DNA of 64,000 nucleotides from Escherichia coli (GTDB lineage Bacteria; Pseudomonadota; Gammaproteobacteria; Enterobacterales; Enterobacteriaceae): NCBI RefSeq assembly GCF_009931435.1, contig NZ_CP043414.1; one strand, 5' to 3'. Shown piece by piece: positions 57,273 to 64,000 of this stretch (position 1 is its first letter; each line of letters starts with the position of its first letter). The notes under the pieces were generated by a model. It saw only the letters and a program-made list of their open reading frames with translations, ran no database searches and was not told where the DNA came from. The position numbers and the translations under genes were made by a program.

Positions 57273-58298
57273 ATGAAAGCGTTATCCAAACTGAAAGCGG
57301 AAGAGGGCATCTGGATGACCGACGTTCCTGAACCGGAACTCGGACATAACGATCTGCTGATTAAAATCCGTAAAACAGCCATCTGCGGGACTGACGTTCA
57401 CATCTATAACTGGGATGAGTGGTCGCAAAAAACCATCCCAGTACCGATGGTTGTAGGCCATGAATATGTCGGTGAGGTGGTTGGCATCGGTCAGGAAGTG
57501 AAAGGCTTCAAGATCGGCGATCGCGTTTCTGGCGAAGGCCATATCACTTGTGGTCATTGCCGCAACTGTCGTGGTGGCCGTACCCATTTGTGCCGCAACA
57601 CGATAGGCGTTGGTGTTAATCGCCCGGGCTGCTTCGCCGAATATCTGGTGATTCCGGCGTTCAACGCTTTCAAAATCCCCGACAATATCTCCGATGATCT
57701 GGCTTCCATTTTTGATCCCTTCGGTAACGCCGTGCATACCGCGCTGTCGTTTGATCTGGTGGGCGAGGATGTGCTGGTCTCTGGTGCAGGCCCGATTGGT
57801 ATTATGGCGGCGGCGGTGGCGAAACACGTTGGTGCACGTAACGTGGTGATCACGGATGTTAATGAATACCGCCTTGAGTTGGCGCGTAAAATGGGTATCA
57901 CCCGTGCGGTTAACGTCGCTAAAGAGAACCTCAATGATGTGATGGCAGAGTTAGGCATGACCGAAGGCTTTGATGTCGGTCTGGAAATGTCCGGTGCGCC
58001 GCCAGCGTTTCGTACCATGCTCGACACCATGAACCACGGCGGTCGCATTGCGATGCTGGGTATTCCACCGTCTGATATGTCTATCGACTGGACCAAAGTG
58101 ATCTTTAAAGGCTTGTTCATTAAAGGTATTTACGGTCGTGAGATGTTTGAAACCTGGTACAAGATGGCGGCGCTGATTCAGTCTGGCCTCGATCTCTCGC
58201 CGATCATTACCCATCGTTTCTCTATCGATGATTTCCAGAAGGGCTTTGACGCTATGCGTTCGGGCCAGTCCGGGAAAGTTATTCTGAGCTGGGATTAA
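57273..58298 (+). CDS. tdh: L-threonine 3-dehydrogenase
   Basis: 341-aa zinc alcohol-dehydrogenase-family protein matching Tdh. Confidence 0.95.
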   Translation: MKALSKLKAEEGIWMTDVPEPELGHNDLLIKIRKTAICGTDVHIYNWDEWSQKTIPVPMVVGHEYVGEVVGIGQEVKGFKIGDRVSGEGHITCGHCRNCRGGRTHLCRNTIGVGVNRPGCFAEYLVIPAFNAFKIPDNISDDLASIFDPFGNAVHTALSFDLVGEDVLVSGAGPIGIMAAAVAKHVGARNVVITDVNEYRLELARKMGITRAVNVAKENLNDVMAELGMTEGFDVGLEMSGAPPAFRTMLDTMNHGGRIAMLGIPPSDMSIDWTKVIFKGLFIKGIYGREMFETWYKMAALIQSGLDLSPIITHRFSIDDFQKGFDAMRSGQSGKVILSWD

Positions 58299-58351
58299 TA
58301 CGAACAAGGGCTGGAATACCAGCCCTTGAAGCTGATGGCAAACACAAAATT

Positions 58352-58450
<99 letters not shown>

Positions 58451-58709
58451 TAAACAAAGCGCACTTGGTCTACAATCTGAAAATCCAAAATACCAGCCCT
58501 TTTATCTGAGGATAATCCGTTAAATATGTAAAATCCTGTCAGTGTAATAAAGAGTTCGTAATTGCGCTGATCTCTTATATAGCTGTTCTCATTATCTCTC
58601 TACCCTGAAGTGACTCTCTCACCTGTAAAAATAATATCTCACAGGCTTAATGGTTTCTTAATACAAAGCCTGTAAAACATCAGGATAACTTCAGAGGTCG
58701 TCGGTATTT

Positions 58710-59744
58710 ATGATGAACAGCACCAATAAACTCAGTGTTATTATCCCGTTATATAATGCGGGAGATGATTTCCGTACTTGCATGGAATCTTTAATCGCGC
58801 AAACCTGGACTGCTCTGGAAATCATTATTATTAACGATGGTTCAACGGATAATTCTGTTGAAATAGCAAAGCATTACGCGGAAAACTATCCGCACGTTCG
58901 TTTGCTGCATCAGGCGAATGCCGGCGCATCGGTGGCGCGTAATCGTGGGATCGAGGCGGCGACGGGTAAATATGTCGCTTTTGTCGATGCTGACGATGAG
59001 GTCTATCCCACTATGTACGAAACGCTGATGACCATGGCGTTAGAGGACGACCTCGACGTGGCGCAGTGCAACGCTGACTGGTGTTTTCGTGAAACGGGAG
59101 AAACCTGGCAGTCCATCCCCAGCGATCGCCTTCGCTCAACCGGCGTATTAACCGGCCCGGACTGGCTGCGAATGGGGCTTTCTTCCCGCCGTTGGACTCA
59201 TGTTGTCTGGATGGGCATTTATCGTCGTGATGTCATTGTTAAAAATAACATTAAATTTATTGCCGGATTACATCATCAGGATATTGTCTGGACAACAGAA
59301 TTTATGTTTAACGCGCAACGCGTGCGATATACCGAGCAATCGTTATATAAATATTATTTGCATAATACGTCAGTGAGCCGATTGAATAGACAGGGAAATA
59401 AAAACCTTAATTATCAACGCCACTATATTAAGATTACCCGACTGTTGGAAAAGTTAAATCGCGATTACGCAGACAGAATAGTGATTTACCCGGAATTTCA
59501 TCAACAAATAACTTACGAAGCATTACGTGTTTGCCATGCGGTACGTAAAGAGCCAGATATTATTACCCGCCAACGGATGATTGCTGAGATATTTACTTCC
59601 GGTATGTATAAGCGACTGATTTTCAATGTACGCAGCATAAAGGTGGGTTATCAGGCGTTACTGTGGTCTTTCCGCTTATGGCAATGGCGCGACAAAACGC
59701 GGTCGCACCATCGCATTACGCGTAGCGCCTTTAATTTGCGCTAG
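58710..59744 (+). CDS. waaH: GT2-family glycosyltransferase WaaH (YibD)
   Basis: 344-aa protein with N-terminus [14 protein letters not shown]...[12 protein letters not shown]. Confidence 0.9.
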   Translation: MMNSTNKLSVIIPLYNAGDDFRTCMESLIAQTWTALEIIIINDGSTDNSVEIAKHYAENYPHVRLLHQANAGASVARNRGIEAATGKYVAFVDADDEVYPTMYETLMTMALEDDLDVAQCNADWCFRETGETWQSIPSDRLRSTGVLTGPDWLRMGLSSRRWTHVVWMGIYRRDVIVKNNIKFIAGLHHQDIVWTTEFMFNAQRVRYTEQSLYKYYLHNTSVSRLNRQGNKNLNYQRHYIKITRLLEKLNRDYADRIVIYPEFHQQITYEALRVCHAVRKEPDIITRQRMIAEIFTSGMYKRLIFNVRSIKVGYQALLWSFRLWQWRDKTRSHHRITRSAFNLR

Positions 59745-60690
59745 CGTTAAGTTTTGCCGCTTCGGGCTGCTTGCCCCAGCCTTGCCACTGATGCTGGAAG
59801 TAAACGATCAGCGTGCTCTGGCTGATGCTTTCGCTTAATACTTCAAAGAAGCGATTAGCATAAACCGGTTCCAGCGGTTTCTTCGGTTTACACAGTTTCA
59901 CGCCACGGAACGGATTACGCGGTGCGTCGGGCACAGTGTTTTTCGGCGGTGTAGACGTATCAACCTGCGGTTCATTCAGCAAGCTGCTGGCTTTCACCAG
60001 CGTAATGTCTGGCGGCAGGTTATAAACCATCTGTTGTAGCACGCGTACCGTTGAAGGGTGAGGATGCCCAATGGCAATGGTTGAACCGTTGCGACGCGCC
60101 AGGTCAATTGCGCGATTGAACTGCACACGGATGTCTGCTTCGTTCTGTGAATCGTCGAGGAACACCTTCCGTTTAATAACCTTCACGCCAGTACCTTGCG
60201 CGGCGCGCATCGCCTGGGTATTACCGATGGTTACGCTGTCGAGGAAGTAAAGATTGTAACGCTCCAGAGCCTGCATCACTTTCTGCATACCAAACAGGTT
60301 AGAGGTCATCTTGCTACCCATGTGGTTGTTGATCCCCACGGCATAGGGCACGTTATTGACCGCACTACGAATAATGCGCTCAATTTCGTCGCTGCTCATC
60401 TCCGGGCGCAGCGTATTTTTCTCCAGCGGCTGTTTACTCAACGGTGCCATTGGCAGATGAATCAACACTTCGTGACCGCTGTTATGCGCTTTGGTCGCCA
60501 TCTCTCTGGCGTGCGGTGAATCGGGTAATACAGCGACGGAGATAGCGGAAGGCATCGCCAGCACCTGGTTTTCGTTGTGCGGGCGATACCCAAAATCATC
60601 AATGACGATGGCAAGTTTGCCAGCAAGTACGGGGGAGGAGAGCGCCAACAGAGCGGCAAATGCAAGAACGTTACGACGAAATGGAAACAA
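59731..60690 (-). CDS. yibQ: Divergent polysaccharide deacetylase family protein YibQ
   Basis: 319-aa secreted protein matching YibQ; in operon with envC. Confidence 0.9.
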   Translation of the reverse strand: MFPFRRNVLAFAALLALSSPVLAGKLAIVIDDFGYRPHNENQVLAMPSAISVAVLPDSPHAREMATKAHNSGHEVLIHLPMAPLSKQPLEKNTLRPEMSSDEIERIIRSAVNNVPYAVGINNHMGSKMTSNLFGMQKVMQALERYNLYFLDSVTIGNTQAMRAAQGTGVKVIKRKVFLDDSQNEADIRVQFNRAIDLARRNGSTIAIGHPHPSTVRVLQQMVYNLPPDITLVKASSLLNEPQVDTSTPPKNTVPDAPRNPFRGVKLCKPKKPLEPVYANRFFEVLSESISQSTLIVYFQHQWQGWGKQPEAAKLNASAN

Positions 60691-60693
60691 AAC

Positions 60694-61953
60694 TTATCTT
60701 CCCAACCACGGCTGTGGATTGACCGCCTGACCCTGGCGGCGAATTTCGAAATAGAGTGAAGGCCGACCCTGACCGCCACTGCTGCCCACCAGTGCAATTG
60801 GCTGGCCCGCGCGAACCTGCGAACCAACGCTCACCAGTGCGCTCTGATTATAGCCGTAAAGACTCATGTCGCCTTTACCATGCTCAACCACCACCACCAG
60901 ACCGTAGCCTTGCAGCCAGTCAGCCAGAATCACCCGACCGTCGGCAATCGCTTTAACTTCAGTACCTTCAGAAGCACCAATCACCATCCCTTTCCAGCGC
61001 AGCTCACCCTGTAGCTGCTCGCCATAACGATGCAGCGTCGGCCCGCGAACCGGCCAGAATGCCTGACCACGCGGCGCTCCCAGGCCACCAGTTCGGGACA
61101 TCAGCGATTTTTCGCTTTCGGTCGGTTTGTAGGTGGTGCCTTTGCGCGTCGCTTCTTTCTGACGGTCGCGAACCGCCTGGGCTTCGCGCGCCTCACGTTC
61201 AGCACGCGCTTTCGCTGCCGCTTCCGCACGGGCAATGCTGTTACGTAGACGAGATTCGTTGGCGCGCAGCTCGCTCAACTGTTGTTGACCTTGCTGGATG
61301 GAAGACTCTAGCCCAGCCAGCGTCTTTTTACGCTCGTTCAGCGCCTGGGTCAGCTTCGCCTGTTGGGCGCGCTGCTCATATAACAGCGTTTGTTGCTCGC
61401 TCTGTTTCTCTTCCAGCTCGGCGCGTTGCATAGCGACTTCTTCACGCGTTTGTTTCAACTGAGCAATGGTTTCTTGTCGCGCCTGGTTGAGATAGCCGAA
61501 ATAAGCCTGTAAACGCTGTCCACGCTGGCTTTCTTCACCGCTGAGAATCAGCTGAATACCGGTATGCTCGCCCTGACGGAATGCGGCATCCAGTTGTGCG
61601 GCGAGGCTGCGCTCCTGGGCGGCTTTTTGCTGCTCCAGTTTGGCAATCGACGCGTTCATCTCATCAATCTGTTTATTCAGTTGATTGAGCGTGTTTTGCG
61701 TTTCGCGCAGCTTGCGAGTGGCTTCAGAGATCGCTTCTTCCTGCTTTTTCAATTGTGCGAGCAGGCTTGCGCGTTGTTGTTGCTTTTGGCGTACCGCGCG
61801 CTCTTTCGCGGCGATATCGGCCTGAATAGATTTGAGTTGGTCGCGATCATCCGCGTGGGCGGAAAAGGCGCACAACAATACGCCAGCGCTAAGAACGCTG
61901 GCGTAGATGATGGGCCTGATTGCAAACCTGCGCGGTTTCACGGCCCGTGTCAT
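60694..61953 (-). CDS. envC: Murein hydrolase activator EnvC (LytM domain)
   Basis: Start at MTRAVKPRRFAIRPIIYASV gives 419 aa; coiled-coil Q/A-rich region followed by a LytM domain. Confidence 0.95.
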   Translation of the reverse strand: MTRAVKPRRFAIRPIIYASVLSAGVLLCAFSAHADDRDQLKSIQADIAAKERAVRQKQQQRASLLAQLKKQEEAISEATRKLRETQNTLNQLNKQIDEMNASIAKLEQQKAAQERSLAAQLDAAFRQGEHTGIQLILSGEESQRGQRLQAYFGYLNQARQETIAQLKQTREEVAMQRAELEEKQSEQQTLLYEQRAQQAKLTQALNERKKTLAGLESSIQQGQQQLSELRANESRLRNSIARAEAAAKARAEREAREAQAVRDRQKEATRKGTTYKPTESEKSLMSRTGGLGAPRGQAFWPVRGPTLHRYGEQLQGELRWKGMVIGASEGTEVKAIADGRVILADWLQGYGLVVVVEHGKGDMSLYGYNQSALVSVGSQVRAGQPIALVGSSGGQGRPSLYFEIRRQGQAVNPQPWLGR

Positions 61954-61986
61954 GGTATTAATCGCCTTTCCCCTCATGGGGAGGGA

Positions 61987-63531
61987 TTATTCCACGATGA
62001 ACAGCGGCTTACCAGTCATCTCTTGCGGGATTTCCATACCCATCAGCGACAACATGGTCGGCGCGATGTCAGAAAGTTTGCCGCCTTCAACCGCTTTCAC
62101 GTTCTTATCGCCAACGTAAATCAGCGGAACAGGCAGGTTGGTGTGCGCTGTGTGCGCCTGACCCGTTGCCGGATCGCGCATCTGTTCAGCGTTACCGTGG
62201 TCAGCGGTGATCAGCAGTTGTCCACCTACAGACTCAACCGCTTTCGCAACTTCATCCACGCAGTGATCCAGCGCTTCAACGGCTTTAACCGCTGCTTCCA
62301 TCACCCCGGTGTGACCTACCATGTCGCCGTTAGGATAGTTACAGATGATAGTGTCGTATTTGCCGCTCTTGATGGCCGCAACCAGTTTTTCGGTCAGCTC
62401 TGCGGAGCTCATTTCTGGCTGCAGGTCGTAAGTTGCCACTTTCGGCGAGTTGATCAGAATGCGGTCTTCGCCTTTGAACGACTCTTCTACACCACCGTTA
62501 AAGAAGAAAGTGACGTGAGCATATTTTTCGGTTTCGGAAATACGCAGTTGAGTTTTGTCGTTTTTCGCCATCCACTCGCCGAAGGTGTTAACCAGAGAAG
62601 CTGGCGGGTAAGCAACCGCAGTTTTGATATCAGCGGCGTATTCGGTCAGCATCACGAAATCGATGTTAACCACTTTCTTACGCGCGAAGCCGTCGAAATC
62701 AGCGTTCACGAAAGCACGAGTGATTTCACGCGCGCGGTCAGCACGGAAGTTCATGAAAATCAGCGCATCGCCATCTTCCATTGCCGCGTCTGGCTGGCCT
62801 TCAGCACGGATAACGGTCGCTTTCACGAATTCGTCGTTTTCGTCGCGAGCATAAGCAGCCTGCAAACCAGCAACGGCGGTATCGGCCTGGAACTCACCCT
62901 GCGCCAGAGTTAGCAGGTCATACGCTTTTTCAACGCGATCCCAACGGTTATCGCGGTCCATGGCGTAGTAACGACCAATGATGGACGCTACGCGGCCTTT
63001 GCCCAGCGCGGCAAATTTTTCTTCGAATTTTTTCAGCGAGGATTCAGCACTGCGCGGTGGAGTGTCGCGACCGTCAAGGAATGCGTGCAGGTAGATTTTT
63101 TCTGCGCCGCGTTCAGCGGCCAGTTCTACCATCGCCATGATGTGATCTTCGTGGCTGTGTACACCACCTGCGGAGAGCAGACCCATAATGTGTACTGCTT
63201 TGCCTGCGTTTTTCGCTTTATCTACCGCACCAGTCAGCACCGGATTAGCGAAGAAAGCGCGATCTTTGATTTCAACGTCCAGACGAGTCAGGTCCTGATA
63301 CACGATGCGGCCGGCACCCAGGTTAACGTGACCTACTTCGGAGTTACCCATCTGACGGTCAGGCAGACCGACTTCCAGACCGGAAGCGTCGATCAGGGTA
63401 TGCGGACGATTGGCCCACAGTGCATCCATTACCGGGGTTTTAGCACTAAAAATGGCGTTATCCTGCTGTTCTTCGCGATAGCCATAGCCATCCAGAATCA
63501 CCAGTACCATAGGTTTTTTAGAAACCGACAT
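61987..63531 (-). CDS. gpmM: 2,3-bisphosphoglycerate-independent phosphoglycerate mutase
   Basis: Start at [19 protein letters not shown] gives 514 aa; the longer ORF in the track is an upstream extension. Confidence 0.95.
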   Translation of the reverse strand: MSVSKKPMVLVILDGYGYREEQQDNAIFSAKTPVMDALWANRPHTLIDASGLEVGLPDRQMGNSEVGHVNLGAGRIVYQDLTRLDVEIKDRAFFANPVLTGAVDKAKNAGKAVHIMGLLSAGGVHSHEDHIMAMVELAAERGAEKIYLHAFLDGRDTPPRSAESSLKKFEEKFAALGKGRVASIIGRYYAMDRDNRWDRVEKAYDLLTLAQGEFQADTAVAGLQAAYARDENDEFVKATVIRAEGQPDAAMEDGDALIFMNFRADRAREITRAFVNADFDGFARKKVVNIDFVMLTEYAADIKTAVAYPPASLVNTFGEWMAKNDKTQLRISETEKYAHVTFFFNGGVEESFKGEDRILINSPKVATYDLQPEMSSAELTEKLVAAIKSGKYDTIICNYPNGDMVGHTGVMEAAVKAVEALDHCVDEVAKAVESVGGQLLITADHGNAEQMRDPATGQAHTAHTNLPVPLIYVGDKNVKAVEGGKLSDIAPTMLSLMGMEIPQEMTGKPLFIVE

Positions 63532-63775
63532 TGCGACAACCTCATACTCAAGAGTCAAAATTTGCGTAATTTTACTACAGCTGAATCGATAAAATAGCCT
63601 CTGAAGATCAAAATATACGACCGCTCGCGGCAAGCCGATGCCAGATTTACGCTTTTTTTTCGTAGCGCCCCGCAAAATTGCATTCCAGTTAACGCGCTGG
63701 CTGTATTTGCCGCACCGCGCAGGTATACTCCTTTCCTGGTTTTTTTAATCACTACGTCGGGAGTTGTTACCCCCC

Positions 63776-64000
63776 ATGCAAGAAATTATGCAATTTGTTG
63801 GCCGTCATCCCATACTGAGTATCGCCTGGATCGCGTTACTGGTGGCGGTTCTTGTGACTACGTTTAAGAGCCTGACCTCGAAAGTGAAGGTGATTACTCG
63901 TGGTGAAGCTACACGTCTGATCAACAAAGAAGACGCTGTGGTTGTGGATTTACGTCAGCGTGATGACTTCCGTAAAGGCCATATCGCAGGTTCTATCAAT
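63776..64000 (+). CDS. yibN: Rhodanese-like protein YibN, N-terminal part (3' end outside the window)
   Basis: ATG at 63776; [25 protein letters not shown]... matches YibN; divergent from gpmM. Confidence 0.85.

Noticed and set aside
56294-57382. A 362-aa minus-strand ORF antisense to kbl
   Set aside because: Shadow ORF opposite a conserved PLP enzyme gene; no start context and no recognisable protein features.
61564-62913. A 449-aa plus-strand ORF antisense to envC and gpmM
   Set aside because: It spans two convergent-looking conserved genes on the opposite strand; a shadow ORF.

Overview
This window reads as an Escherichia coli chromosomal segment, in reverse orientation relative to K-12 MG1655, running from a selC-associated genomic island through the yicJ-yicI / gltS / recG-spoT-rpoZ-gmk / pyrE-rph / dut-coaBC / rpmBG / mutM / waa (LPS core) / kbl-tdh / envC-gpmM region to the start of yibN. 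All calls are from reading the sequence and ORF track against remembered protein families; no database search was run. Three accessory insertions stand out. (1) At the 3' end of tRNA-Sec (selC, complement 6973..7067) sits an AT-rich island with a P4-type integrase, one uncharacterised 347-aa gene, and an IS1 that joins it to a Tn9/Tn2670-like resistance module (catA1, a GNAT fragment, the Tn21-type IRtnp and the 3' part of tnpA) that runs off the left edge. (2) Between yicI and yicH is an eight-gene PTS/aldolase/kinase/cupin operon matching the frz operon described in ExPEC. (3) Between the convergent pyrE and slmA genes is a 1.3-kb retron (msr/msd plus a 319-aa reverse transcriptase) that fits retron-Ec107 by position and RT size, with no effector gene next to it. 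The waa outer-core gene order (waaO-T-Y-W-V-L) indicates an R1-type core. rph is intact and htrL is absent, so the strain is not K-12. I found no CRISPR arrays or rRNA genes. The most likely places for anything undescribed are the 347-aa island gene and the effector-less retron, but neither can be confirmed as novel from sequence alone.
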